From the IMG/VR virus record IMGVR_UViG_3300049201_000035, positions 1,143 to 65,142 of that record: DNA of 64,000 nt. One strand, given 5' to 3'. Origin of the DNA: a virus. Of the stretch, positions 19,514-29,321 are shown in pieces. The position numbers and the translations under genes were made by a program. The number at the start of each line of letters is the position of its first letter. Positions within the stretch are counted from its first letter, which is position 1. The notes beneath the pieces are model-generated. The model worked only from the letters and a program-made list of their open reading frames with translations. It was not told where the DNA came from and did not search any database.

Positions 19514-19836
19514 GGCTTCTTCTTGGCAGGCTTGTCGGCTGATTTCTTCGCCGACAAAGCATCCTTCGCTACATTCAGAGTCACATCAGCGACAGGTTCA
19601 TCAGAATAAACCCAGTGATCCTCCAAAGCTTTTTTGGTCTTGGCGCTTTTGTTCAGAAACAGCCGATCCAATGTCCGTGTGTAGACTCCGAGTCCCGCCT
19701 GATCGAGTTCCTGCGCTGCCACATCCAGTTCTTCACGATCCACTTTCGGAAACTTGTGATCAGCCGGTTTGATATTCAGTTCGCCGTGCTCAACGAGGTG
19801 TTGCAGGATTTTGTGTTTTAGATTTTCCATAGTCAT
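19510..19836 (-). CDS. Hypothetical protein (possible winged helix)
   Basis: 108 aa; KILQHLVEHG..LDQAGLGVY. Confidence 0.55.
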   Translation of the reverse strand: MTMENLKHKILQHLVEHGELNIKPADHKFPKVDREELDVAAQELDQAGLGVYTRTLDRLFLNKSAKTKKALEDHWVYSDEPVADVTLNVAKDALSAKKSADKPAKKKP

Positions 19837-20108
19837 TGATAGCTAGTTTCCAAATATTTGTAAGTGTACTCTTGGATTTCCCTTAATTCAGTGATTCTTA
19901 CTTTAAGAACAGTCCTGTTATCATGAATATAATTGTCGTGTTGAACCTCAAATGGTTTCCCTGGATTTTGTTTCCCAAACTCTCGGATTGTATTGCATAT
20001 TATTCTTTCTCGCCAAATGTGAATGAAATCATCATTGCTGATACGTGATGGATAATCTGCAAATCTCACCATCCATCTAAGCGGCATAGGGGTAGAAAGC
20101 CAAGGCAT
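19833..20108 (-). CDS. Hypothetical protein
   Basis: 91 aa coupled ORF. Confidence 0.5.
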   Translation of the reverse strand: MPWLSTPMPLRWMVRFADYPSRISNDDFIHIWRERIICNTIREFGKQNPGKPFEVQHDNYIHDNRTVLKVRITELREIQEYTYKYLETSYQ

Positions 20109-20143
20109 GTTATCAAGTTTAATTTGGTGTCAGAATTAAAACC

Positions 20144-20647
20144 TTACCTCGCCGAAACATAATAACCAGCCAGCGATTGCCGCAATCGCTTCCTGCTCGA
20201 ACTCACGCAGCTTCTAACCGTGCCCAGCGGGATATCAATGATCTTGGCGATTTCCTCATAGGTGTATCCTTGAATGAAGCACATAATGGCAACGTTTCGG
20301 TCTCTCGGAGTGAGCATGTGCAACGCATCCCTGATCTGGTCGCCTATCTCATGCCTATCCACATTGAAAGATGGTTCATGCTCGGATAGAAAGTCAACAT
20401 TCAGATCAATCCTGCCCGATTCCTTTCTCTCCCTGCGAAATCCATTCACAAAGCCATTGTACAAAATGGTTTTCAGCCACGCCTTCATGTTCGATTCGTG
20501 CTTGTAAGTGCTTTCAAATCGGATCGCGCTCACGTAGGTATTTTGAACCAGGTCTTCGGCGTAATCGTCATCCGTGCAAAGTCTTTTCGCGTAATTCAGC
20601 AGCAAAGGCCGGAAGTCTGCGATTTGTTGATGGAAGGTTGTGTTCAT
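20144..20647 (-). CDS. ECF-type RNA polymerase sigma factor
   Basis: Region 2 AEDLVQNTY..AWLKTILYN; region 4 GYTYEEIAKIIDIPLGTVRS. Confidence 0.9.
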   Translation of the reverse strand: MNTTFHQQIADFRPLLLNYAKRLCTDDDYAEDLVQNTYVSAIRFESTYKHESNMKAWLKTILYNGFVNGFRRERKESGRIDLNVDFLSEHEPSFNVDRHEIGDQIRDALHMLTPRDRNVAIMCFIQGYTYEEIAKIIDIPLGTVRSCVSSSRKRLRQSLAGYYVSAR

Positions 20648-20700
20648 GGGAGGGTTGGGGGTTGGAATTCGTTTTAAGCAACCCGGCAGCTACTACATTT

Positions 20701-21279
20701 TCACTGCCGGGTAATTGGGGTTTCACAAATTTGCCTACTATCACTGCCCAGGCTATGGGCGTTCACGGAATGGATCCTGTTTCGAATAATCTGAATTGAT
20801 TTCTTTCTTTTAATGTCTCGAACCAAGGTGTATGGGATCCCAAGCTCTCTTGATATTTCAATCAGCTTTTTAACTCCCCTATTCTCAATGATGATGAGAA
20901 GATCATTCCTTTCTTGAATGGTGAGTCGTGAGTTTCCTGGCAATCCCAAAGACTCGAAGGGCTTCAATGAGGCATACACAAGTCTTCCTTTTTTGGAGCA
21001 GTCTTGCATATTATCCGAATGCGTTCCTAGGAACAAGTGGTCAGGATTAATACAAATCTTATTATCACACTTGTGACACACCAGCATATCATTTGGAATT
21101 TCCCCAACAAACACCTCATAGGATAATCGATGCGTCGATACGCATTTACCATTCACTTTGATTGCTCCGTATCCGCTCCTTTTCGCTTTACCCCATTCCC
21201 AGCAACCACTCGCTGACTGAGAAATGCCGCTCAGTAGTCGTTCTTTTAAAATACTTTCAGAAGGGTGTGTTGGCATCAT
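20701..21279 (-). CDS. HNH homing endonuclease
   Basis: [35 protein letters not shown]. Confidence 0.9.
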   Translation of the reverse strand: MMPTHPSESILKERLLSGISQSASGCWEWGKAKRSGYGAIKVNGKCVSTHRLSYEVFVGEIPNDMLVCHKCDNKICINPDHLFLGTHSDNMQDCSKKGRLVYASLKPFESLGLPGNSRLTIQERNDLLIIIENRGVKKLIEISRELGIPYTLVRDIKRKKSIQIIRNRIHSVNAHSLGSDSRQICETPITRQ

Positions 21280-21818
21280 TATTCCTTTTTGTGCTGTCCA
21301 AGTAGACCGCCTGATACTTTTGTTGTGGATCCGCGGGTAATCGAAACCCGGTCTTGTTCGCTCAATCAAAAACTAATTTCACATGCTTGTGATGAAGGTT
21401 TTGAAGACCTACAACTTTGGGGTGTGACCGAAATCGCACCAACTCCACCACCTCATTTTGACAGAATAAGGAAACTGTACTTTCTAGGCTGCTACTCCCC
21501 AGACGATTACGTCGCGAGATGCAAGGGCAATCACTTTGACCTCCTTGCTGCTATTGCTGTTGCCATTTGTTTTTATGCGCACATTTTTAAGTGGTATAGC
21601 GCAATTCCACTGCATGTTAGTTAGTGACCGTAACGCCAATCTATGCCTGTCGGACCCATTTTGCCGTCTTTCCGGCTGCCAGTCTTTACGTGAATAGATG
21701 AGATATTTTAAGCCTTTCCTCTACTCCACCACCATTACCGCTGTAAGACTTCCGATCTTTAGGAGGGACAATGGTAGCTTATTCACACATTATAGGAGCA
21801 AGACATCGCCCCGCTACA

Positions 21819-22163
21819 CTAAGGCGCCTCCGAATGTTGTATTTTTCTTTCCTTCCAATTAGTAATATCGGCCAGCGTGACCTCGTTCGCATTCCCACTA
21901 TTGACCAATATCTCCTCCCGATGCTTTGACAGCAGGTAATTCCCGAAATCAACCAGTTCGTGCATTTCGAATAGTTGAACACCGCGAACGCTCTTGCATT
22001 TCACGGTCGGGTAGTAATCAACTTTCCCGTTCCAATCGTCCGACGGAAGTGCAAAGTTTTTCGCAATTTCTAAAACCTCCTTCATTGTTGGGTCGGTTTC
22101 GAAGTCGCGATGGAAGGGGATCGGGTCGGCTTTGTCGCGGAGTAGTTCGATGGTGTAGAGCAT
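21819..22163 (-). CDS. Hypothetical protein
   Basis: Start taken at ATG 22163. Confidence 0.5.
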   Translation of the reverse strand: MLYTIELLRDKADPIPFHRDFETDPTMKEVLEIAKNFALPSDDWNGKVDYYPTVKCKSVRGVQLFEMHELVDFGNYLLSKHREEILVNSGNANEVTLADITNWKERKIQHSEAP

Positions 22164-22174
22164 GGTAGAGGTGT

Positions 22175-22798
22175 TTAAAGTAAACCTGCTGATTTTAGCG
22201 TTATCACTACTTGATTTGGGCTCATTTTTTGATATAAACCAGAGAGTTCGATGTCTGATAAGTTGGCGGAAGACCAGCAAAATGGGAGGTATCCCGGATC
22301 CTCTAAGCCTTCATATACAAACCACGCATTTACGATACCAGCAGAGGCCCATACGGTGTGTATGTCAGAAGCTTCTAACGTTACACTGTCTCCCTTATGA
22401 AGGAAATCATCGCTAACAAGCGAAAATGTATCCACCCCATGCTTTTCAAAACCGCCAGCCCCATTTCTTATTTTGCTTGAATAGTGATACCTATCTAAAA
22501 CGCAATCCCCGTCTTCGGTAGGCGATATAACTGTATTACTGATCAATCCCTTTACGACATCCAGAGTTAGGTTGCAATGGTGCGCATGGAAGCCGATGGT
22601 CATGCCGCCATTCTTGATCACATCCCATGTATTATTCCATAGCACGTGATCTTCTGAGGTAACATAGAGACGTATAGTTTTCTCTGGCTGCTCCATCAGC
22701 ATAATACTATGCAATCCAGGGGAATGGCAATTCATGAACGACTTTGATGCGATTTCATCGAGGTTATTATTCACCAAATGTCGTACAAGTGCTTTCAT
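22175..22798 (-). CDS. Hypothetical cupin-like protein
   Basis: FHAHH and IHTV His motifs in a beta-rich sequence; first gene of leftward block. Confidence 0.5.
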   Translation of the reverse strand: MKALVRHLVNNNLDEIASKSFMNCHSPGLHSIMLMEQPEKTIRLYVTSEDHVLWNNTWDVIKNGGMTIGFHAHHCNLTLDVVKGLISNTVISPTEDGDCVLDRYHYSSKIRNGAGGFEKHGVDTFSLVSDDFLHKGDSVTLEASDIHTVWASAGIVNAWFVYEGLEDPGYLPFCWSSANLSDIELSGLYQKMSPNQVVITLKSAGLL

Positions 22799-22806
22799 GT
22801 CATTAC

Positions 22807-22847
22807 AAAAGAAGAAGCCCAAACCGCGTGAGAGTCAGTTTGGGCTC
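22807..22847 (-). terminator. Leader terminator (attenuator candidate)
   Basis: gagcccaaactg/cggtttgggctt stem then cttctttt, 9 nt before start codon. Confidence 0.6.
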
Positions 22848-22915
22848 GGTGGAATTTCCATCCCGGAGAATGGTATGGCTGCCTCTCACAACAACTACAC
22901 CATGCAATAGTGAGA

Positions 22916-22923
22916 CAAATATA
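22916..22923 (-). promoter_or_regulatory. -7 element TATATTTG driving leftward accessory block
   Basis: caaatata on +; TGCAATGCA box at 22938-22946. Confidence 0.6.
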
Positions 22924-23097
22924 AAATAGTTTCATATTGCAATGCAAGAAAAATATTATTTATTTTCAAACATTCTTTAAAGTCAGCCTATATCATTCAA
23001 AAACAGCCATTTTGTATGTTTTTAGTGCATGTTTGTTTGGTATTGATTAATATTGTATCAGAGTAAGCATTGCATTATTAATACACACACTTAATTC

Positions 23098-24303
23098 ATG
23101 GCAGAAGCCCTATTTCTACCCTTCGATGAGGCTGATCTTTCTGAGATTGCCTACGATTACTCCCCGGGTGCGCATCATGCAGCACTGACAGGAGCGAGAT
23201 TCGTAGAAGGGCGCGAGGGTAACTGCGTTTACTTCCCATCCGACGGTTTCGCCGAAATCATTCCACCTGTATTAGACCTATCAGACACCTACACCATGAT
23301 GTTGTGGGCGATGGGGGAGCAGCAGATAGGCGGAACAGGCCTATGCAGTGTAGTCTTCAAGTTCGCCGGTGACGATCAATACCTTGTCCTCGATACCAAT
23401 GCAACTATTAATGTCTGGACGCACATAGGCATCACACATGAGGCAGGAAGTGTAAGGGTCTACATCAATTCCAGACAGGCAGCATTTGCCGACTCCCCGG
23501 GAGGATGGGGTGCGCCAACAGGCATGTGCATACTGGTTGATAATGGACACCCCGGGGCCGGACACTGCTACATCGATAACTTCAAGATACTCACCGACGT
23601 CGTTTATGGCGAAAGTGACTTCATCCCAATAATTTCAAACTCTACACTCACTGTGAAATTCTCCATCAATGGGGTTGACCTGAAATCTCTTGGGATAAGA
23701 GTCGGCCCAAATCCGAAAGGGATAATCGACGAGTTGTCGCCGAAGGAAAGCAATTCTTACGCGTGGAAAGATCACCATGGCCGACAGCAAGACTTGGAAG
23801 ATAGGCGGTACGATACTCGCAATATTGAGATGGATTGCTGGTTTTCGTCTGTTGGTCAAGATGCAATGATCGAAAACATCATGGCTATCCGGGCTCTTTT
23901 CCGTAAGAATGGAACGCAAAGGCTAATGGTTGAAATAGGCACAAAGCCCTTTGTCTACGAGGTATGTCTTATTGGTGGGATCGAATTTACAAATAAATGG
24001 AGGCCAGGTAAGGCGTTTTGCTCCTTTACCCTCAAAATGGAAGAGCTTGAACCCGTCAAGCGCGTCCTGAGATATATCAAGGTGGATGAATCAACGCCGG
24101 ATATGTCAATCACTCTGACTTGCCCATATGTATTAAATATCTACTGGGGCGACGGAGAAATAGCCAAGAACGTCTTCGGCACCAACGTTACCGTGACTCA
24201 TGAATACGCCGAGCCCGGAACCTACTACCCAATCATCACCGGCGTCATTGAAGAGATTACCAATTTCAGCCAAAACGCGGTCGTCGTATGGAACAGCTTG
24301 TAA
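23098..24303 (+). CDS. LamG/ConA-like domain plus distal tail (Dit-like) protein
   Basis: N-terminal WTHIGITH..VRVYIN; C-terminal WKDHHG..YDTRNIEMDC Dit-like region. Confidence 0.7.
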   Translation: MAEALFLPFDEADLSEIAYDYSPGAHHAALTGARFVEGREGNCVYFPSDGFAEIIPPVLDLSDTYTMMLWAMGEQQIGGTGLCSVVFKFAGDDQYLVLDTNATINVWTHIGITHEAGSVRVYINSRQAAFADSPGGWGAPTGMCILVDNGHPGAGHCYIDNFKILTDVVYGESDFIPIISNSTLTVKFSINGVDLKSLGIRVGPNPKGIIDELSPKESNSYAWKDHHGRQQDLEDRRYDTRNIEMDCWFSSVGQDAMIENIMAIRALFRKNGTQRLMVEIGTKPFVYEVCLIGGIEFTNKWRPGKAFCSFTLKMEELEPVKRVLRYIKVDESTPDMSITLTCPYVLNIYWGDGEIAKNVFGTNVTVTHEYAEPGTYYPIITGVIEEITNFSQNAVVVWNSL

Positions 24304-27300
24304 TCCTGAATCCAGATGGATCGCAATACCCACTTAAACGGCTTTATCCGCTCACTGATATCACCCGGGCTGTTCAGTCCTGCGATCTGTTAGGGCAGGA
24401 TGTGGTGGACGTGGATTTCGAATCGACCGAGCATCTTGAAATGCTGATTGGTATGAGAATCTTCGTGTATGGAAAGTACTACACATTAAACGTCCTTCCG
24501 GAAGAGCAAAAATCATCCACCCGGGAATTCTTATATAAGTGCCGTTTCGAAGGCCCTCAATATGCGCTGATGAGCTGCCGGTATTTTAACACGGATGCAA
24601 GCGGGCTCTATACAGGATCGGACTTTTCGCTTACAGGCAACATTGAAACCTTCATCGATGTACTGATTTACAACTGTAACCGCACATTCGGGAGTGGTAA
24701 GTGGGTAAAAGGGGACGTGCAGGCTTCGGACACCAAGACGCTTACATTCTCCAATGTCAACTGCCTGCAAGCGCTGCAACTCACGATTTGTAAGGAATTC
24801 GAAGTTGAATTCGAAATCACCCAATCGGGCGATGTTAGTATAATTACGGTCAAAAAGGTTGGGCAGGTTTTGCTTGAAACATACCAGTATGGAAAAGGCA
24901 AAGGGCTTTACACGCTGACCCGGAGGCCGGTAGGAGAAACAACCATTGTCAACAGGCTTTACCCAGAAGGATCGACCGAAAACCTGAAAGTAGGTTACCG
25001 CAATTATTCAAGCAGACTTCGTATAGGTGATCCGAATTCCGGGCAGGATTATATTGAAGATGCCGGATCGATCGCGGCGTTTGGGCTCATTGAGGGTGTG
25101 AAGATTTTCGAAGATATCAAACCGCACAGGGAAGGTATCGTAACTGGCATAATTGTCGACAATCCTTTAAAGTTCGTGGATTTGACCATGAACTTTAATC
25201 TGAACGAAAAAGAAGGCGAAAATACCAAATACCTAGTTGCTGGCAAATCTGCAAAGATTCATTTCAATACCGGCGATCTGGCGGGATATGAATTCGAGAT
25301 CATCGATGGTGGATATATCCACGAAGAGAATTCATTCACCATTATTCCGATCACAGACGCCAAAGGTCTGAAAATACCAAGCATTGAGCCCTTTACAATC
25401 AAAATGGGTGATAAGTATGTGATCATCGATATCGTAATGCCTCAGGTATACATTGATGAGGCAGAGGCTGATCTAGCGACACAAGCCCAGATTTATCTGG
25501 ATGCCAACAAAGCCCCGATGGTGGCATACGGGTTGTCACTGGAAAGGGAGTATTTGAAAGACAAGGCGCCCGCTGGATCGATACCGAACTTCTTTTCGCT
25601 CGGGGATTATGTGCAGATCAAAGATACTGACCTCGGAATCGATAACGCGTCTAGGATTATTAAGTTCACCCGGAATGTGCTCGACCCGTTCGTTTATTCG
25701 CTGGAAGTGGCTGATACGTATCAGATTGATTTGCGGGTGAGGATTTTATCCGATATCAAGCAGCTGAATAACATCGTCGTTCTGAATAACCTCATGAACC
25801 CGGTAACGCAGCGGCAATCTTGGAGATCAGCGCAGGAACTGACCAATATTTATTTCGATCAGGATGGCTACTTGAAAGATGGCAAGATCAGGGCCGAAAC
25901 GCTTGAAACAGCAATCGCGCTGATTGGTACCGACAGTGGTCAATTACAAGTGATTGGCGCGACTTTTCAGGCTAATTTTCAGGGACAGAAGAATGTAGTC
26001 GCCGTTTCTGCCGGACAAATCGTCCACCTCACCGTTGAGCCAACAATTCGTACGTGGAATTTCAATGCAACCGGAGTCGGTATTGCTGATGATGGGTTTA
26101 GGTATGTCTATGCTCGGTGCAATAGAACAGGGTCGGATGCTTCGATTGTCTTCTCAACCAGTAAGATAAAAACGAAAGAGGACGCAAGTTTTTATCATTT
26201 CCTTCTCGGTATACTCAATTCGGTAGATGCGGATACCCAAACCAGGCGGTTCAGCCTTACCTATGGGTTTACTTTAATTGCTGGGGAATGGATCACCACT
26301 GGCACTATCCAATCTGCTGACGGATCTACCGGATTCAACCTTAATACGGGTGAGATTTACGGCAACATTAAGTTCCGGGCTGCCAATGGTGTGAATAAGG
26401 ACATCTCTGATCTGGAAACGGAACTCAAAGGCCTTATTCAAGACGTCTCAGAGCAGACCGACGGCCAGGTTGAAAGCTGGTTTTTGAATGGCGCGCCTAC
26501 ATTGACAAATGAACCGGCAATCCAGTGGAATACGCTCGAATTGAAAATGGCCCACGTCGGGGATAATTATTTTGACAATGTTTCCAAGAAATCATACCGG
26601 TTCCGGCAGGATAGCGGAGTGTTCTCATGGCAGGAGGTAACCGATGACCGGATCACGCAGGCTTTGTTGCTGGCCAGTCAGGCGAAGGATACCGCGGATG
26701 GGAAACGGCGCATATTTATGGTGCAGCCAACAACGCCATACGATGTAGGCGATGCATGGAATAAAAGTACCGGCTGGATGGTCTGCAAGACGCAGCGACT
26801 GACCGGTTCATTTAATCCGCTCGACTGGGAATTGGCTAGGATCTACGACAACACCGTCACTGCCATTAATGGCGGGATGGCCGTTACCGGCGCTTTGTAC
26901 CTGGCGAATGCAGACGGAACGATCAAGGCATTTATCAGGGGCGGCGGTACGGATGATAATGAAATCCTGCTTGGTCTCGGCGCTTCCGTTGAAAATGCTG
27001 AATTCGCCCCTTTTAGAGCTAGAAGGTCGGGAGTTTTGGAACTTCGAAAATCAATAGAACTTTTCAATTCATCCAATCAAGGTGTCGCCGGAATCTGCGG
27101 GATAAATTCGGCCGGCGACGGATTAATCGTTGCTTGGTTCGGGACAAATTATTCAAATCGAGCGAATGCTCCGACTAGAATTGACATGAACGGTAAGTTC
27201 ACCACCGTAAGTGCAAGGATTGGTGGCTGGGAAATAGATTCAAACGGCCTTACCAACCAAGACGGCAACGGATATATTATTGCCAGTTCCTCAAACGCTT

Positions 27301-27815
27301 CCAAAAGAACCGAAGCGATGATCGGCGCCAATGTCTTCCCTGCTATATTTGGAGGTAAAGGGGCGGCAAGCTTCAAAGCAACGGAAGATACCGGATTCGG
27401 TAGTAATTACGGCGCGGTATTCGAAGCAGACGGGGCGCCACTAGGATTCCATAACTTCGCTCTATACGCTGGGAAAGGAAAGTCTATGCTTTCGGAAGGG
27501 TTGATCAATGGCCGGTCTACCTATGTGGAGACAATCAGCACCACGATCACACGAGGTATTGATCCGAGCATTTACGACGCTGTAAGGATTAATGCAACCG
27601 GCGGTGTTGTAGGTCTCGGGTTTCTGAGTCCAACAATAGCGCTGGGAGATGGAAAGGAAATCACAATACTCAGTGAAAATGATGACCGGTCAATATATCT
27701 GGTAAATATCATCAGAGGCCGTGCAACAGTTGAGGTCGGCGGGGGAGTGGTTTGTACGATTGTTTATTTCAACGGCCACTGGCTAATCAAGGGGATGTAC
27801 AATAATGATTATTAA
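24288..27815 (+). CDS. Tail hub/spike (Tal-like) host-specificity protein
   Basis: 1175 aa; NRLYPEGSTENL, IFEDIKP, ADGKRRIF..PTTPYDVGD. Confidence 0.8.
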   Translation: MEQLVILNPDGSQYPLKRLYPLTDITRAVQSCDLLGQDVVDVDFESTEHLEMLIGMRIFVYGKYYTLNVLPEEQKSSTREFLYKCRFEGPQYALMSCRYFNTDASGLYTGSDFSLTGNIETFIDVLIYNCNRTFGSGKWVKGDVQASDTKTLTFSNVNCLQALQLTICKEFEVEFEITQSGDVSIITVKKVGQVLLETYQYGKGKGLYTLTRRPVGETTIVNRLYPEGSTENLKVGYRNYSSRLRIGDPNSGQDYIEDAGSIAAFGLIEGVKIFEDIKPHREGIVTGIIVDNPLKFVDLTMNFNLNEKEGENTKYLVAGKSAKIHFNTGDLAGYEFEIIDGGYIHEENSFTIIPITDAKGLKIPSIEPFTIKMGDKYVIIDIVMPQVYIDEAEADLATQAQIYLDANKAPMVAYGLSLEREYLKDKAPAGSIPNFFSLGDYVQIKDTDLGIDNASRIIKFTRNVLDPFVYSLEVADTYQIDLRVRILSDIKQLNNIVVLNNLMNPVTQRQSWRSAQELTNIYFDQDGYLKDGKIRAETLETAIALIGTDSGQLQVIGATFQANFQGQKNVVAVSAGQIVHLTVEPTIRTWNFNATGVGIADDGFRYVYARCNRTGSDASIVFSTSKIKTKEDASFYHFLLGILNSVDADTQTRRFSLTYGFTLIAGEWITTGTIQSADGSTGFNLNTGEIYGNIKFRAANGVNKDISDLETELKGLIQDVSEQTDGQVESWFLNGAPTLTNEPAIQWNTLELKMAHVGDNYFDNVSKKSYRFRQDSGVFSWQEVTDDRITQALLLASQAKDTADGKRRIFMVQPTTPYDVGDAWNKSTGWMVCKTQRLTGSFNPLDWELARIYDNTVTAINGGMAVTGALYLANADGTIKAFIRGGGTDDNEILLGLGASVENAEFAPFRARRSGVLELRKSIELFNSSNQGVAGICGINSAGDGLIVAWFGTNYSNRANAPTRIDMNGKFTTVSARIGGWEIDSNGLTNQDGNGYIIASSSNASKRTEAMIGANVFPAIFGGKGAASFKATEDTGFGSNYGAVFEADGAPLGFHNFALYAGKGKSMLSEGLINGRSTYVETISTTITRGIDPSIYDAVRINATGGVVGLGFLSPTIALGDGKEITILSENDDRSIYLVNIIRGRATVEVGGGVVCTIVYFNGHWLIKGMYNNDY

Positions 27816-29086
27816 CCGAAAATATCATCCATAGCCTCGTCAAGAGATTCTTTGTCCAGCTCGTTCATATACCGCTCAGTCGTGACAATGGATTTATGCC
27901 CGAGCGCATTTTTTATATCGAACAGCGTGATCTTCTGAGAGCCTTTCATCGATCGGCGGGCTTTGTCAGCAAATGAGTGTCTGGCTGTGTGGAAGGTGAT
28001 CGACTTATCGAGCTTGATCAATTTCGAAATCGTTTTCAGGTTGTTATTTATCTGCGATGTTTTGCTGCTCGTTGCCAAGGACAAAGCTTCTTTCATATCA
28101 AAGCTCATGGCCTTCTTTTGTGAATAGGTAATATAGGCTGCATAAGGAGCTTCATTATCCAGGACGGGGAAGATGTAATCCGTTTTCTTAGCAAGTGGGT
28201 TTTGATAATATGCAAGTATCGCCACCGCGGCTTTATTGAGCTTGATGCTTTTTTTATGGCCGGTCTTATCCATTTCATATTCCAGGCGCCCGTCAGCTGT
28301 AACGTTATTGTGCCTGAGCTGCATTAAGTCCGCTACCCTGATCCCTGCATTGTAATAGGAAAAAAGGTACATGTTCCGGGTATGGAACAGCCAGTTCTTT
28401 GGATTGTCAGTGTTAATCGTCAGATTTTCCATAGCTTCGATCTGATCGTCAGTTAGGCGCTGTTTCGATTCAGCCACCTCTGTCAATGTATCATGTGAGC
28501 GGAACGGGTCCTTGTCGATCAGGTTCATCCGCATAGCCGGGATGAATGTGTTATGGATCCGCTTCATGATATTGTTGATCGTCACATTTTTAATCTGGGT
28601 CCCGATCAAATGGATTTTAAACCGCTGCACGTGATCGGGCGTAATGTCGGCAAGTCTGGTGTCTTCGCCGACGAACTCCTGAAATCTGGTGAACATCGAT
28701 TTTGCTCCTTTATAATAAATGAAGGACTTTTCGACCTTCATTGCCTCCAATGTATTTTCAAAGTGAGTTTTTACGGTAATCCCGCCGATCTCTCCATTTG
28801 AATCGAACTTTCCTTTCAATACCTCTCCACCTCCTGCCACTTGTATCGCAACCTGCCTCTGAATTTTCTCGATCGATTCCTCGATGATCCGGTTTAGCTT
28901 CGCATGCTCCATATTAGAAGCGCGGACCCACCTTCCATATTTCGCTTTCGGGTTATAGTGCTCTTTCGGGATCATCACATCAGTGGCAATCCTTTTCATC
29001 TTACGATTCTCCGTGATCCGAATGTAAACCACATAAAAACCGTGTTTATTGGCCCGCTGGCTGAGCTCTGTGTTATAAGACGGCAT
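27812..29086 (-). CDS. int: Tyrosine integrase
   Basis: Arm-binding N-terminus, GIRVADL (R), HTARHSFA, LGHKSIVTTERY. Confidence 0.95.
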   Translation of the reverse strand: MPSYNTELSQRANKHGFYVVYIRITENRKMKRIATDVMIPKEHYNPKAKYGRWVRASNMEHAKLNRIIEESIEKIQRQVAIQVAGGGEVLKGKFDSNGEIGGITVKTHFENTLEAMKVEKSFIYYKGAKSMFTRFQEFVGEDTRLADITPDHVQRFKIHLIGTQIKNVTINNIMKRIHNTFIPAMRMNLIDKDPFRSHDTLTEVAESKQRLTDDQIEAMENLTINTDNPKNWLFHTRNMYLFSYYNAGIRVADLMQLRHNNVTADGRLEYEMDKTGHKKSIKLNKAAVAILAYYQNPLAKKTDYIFPVLDNEAPYAAYITYSQKKAMSFDMKEALSLATSSKTSQINNNLKTISKLIKLDKSITFHTARHSFADKARRSMKGSQKITLFDIKNALGHKSIVTTERYMNELDKESLDEAMDDIFG

Positions 29087-29092
29087 TCGTTT

Positions 29093-29321
29093 TGCTGAAA
29101 AAATTGCTGAAACTTTTTTATCCTTTGGTCGCCAGTGTGTTCCACTTTCAATGGTAATCTACTGCTTTAAATCGGTGATTGTTCCATCAATGTACAATTG
29201 TCATTAGAAATCAATGGAAATAACCATAGAACGCTACGTCCTACTTCGTAATCGCCATAACTTGTTGTTTATCAACTTGTAATGACGATTTTTTAATTTT
29301 CTGCTGAAACGATACTGAAAC
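29093..29321. other. Putative attP with paired arm-type repeats
   Basis: TGCTGAAA at 29093, 29105, 29302 and TACTGAAA at 29313 flanking an AT-rich core region. Confidence 0.55.

Noticed and set aside
21419-21450. Plus-strand segment ending CAACTCCACCA resembling a tmRNA/tRNA 3' end
   Set aside because: T-loop is ACCGAAAT rather than TTCRANY, no matching 5' half at a suitable distance, and it is antisense to the local operon
10126-23097. Possible invertible segment
   Set aside because: Only an 8-bp CTATTGCA inverted match near the ends and no invertase; chance level
24288-27815. Diversity-generating retroelement target in tail protein
   Set aside because: No reverse transcriptase and no template/variable repeat pair seen in the window
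29243-29290. TTCGTAATC / CTTGTAAT resembling tRNA-Thr anticodon loops as att core
   Set aside because: No tRNA 3' half follows; too short to name a target
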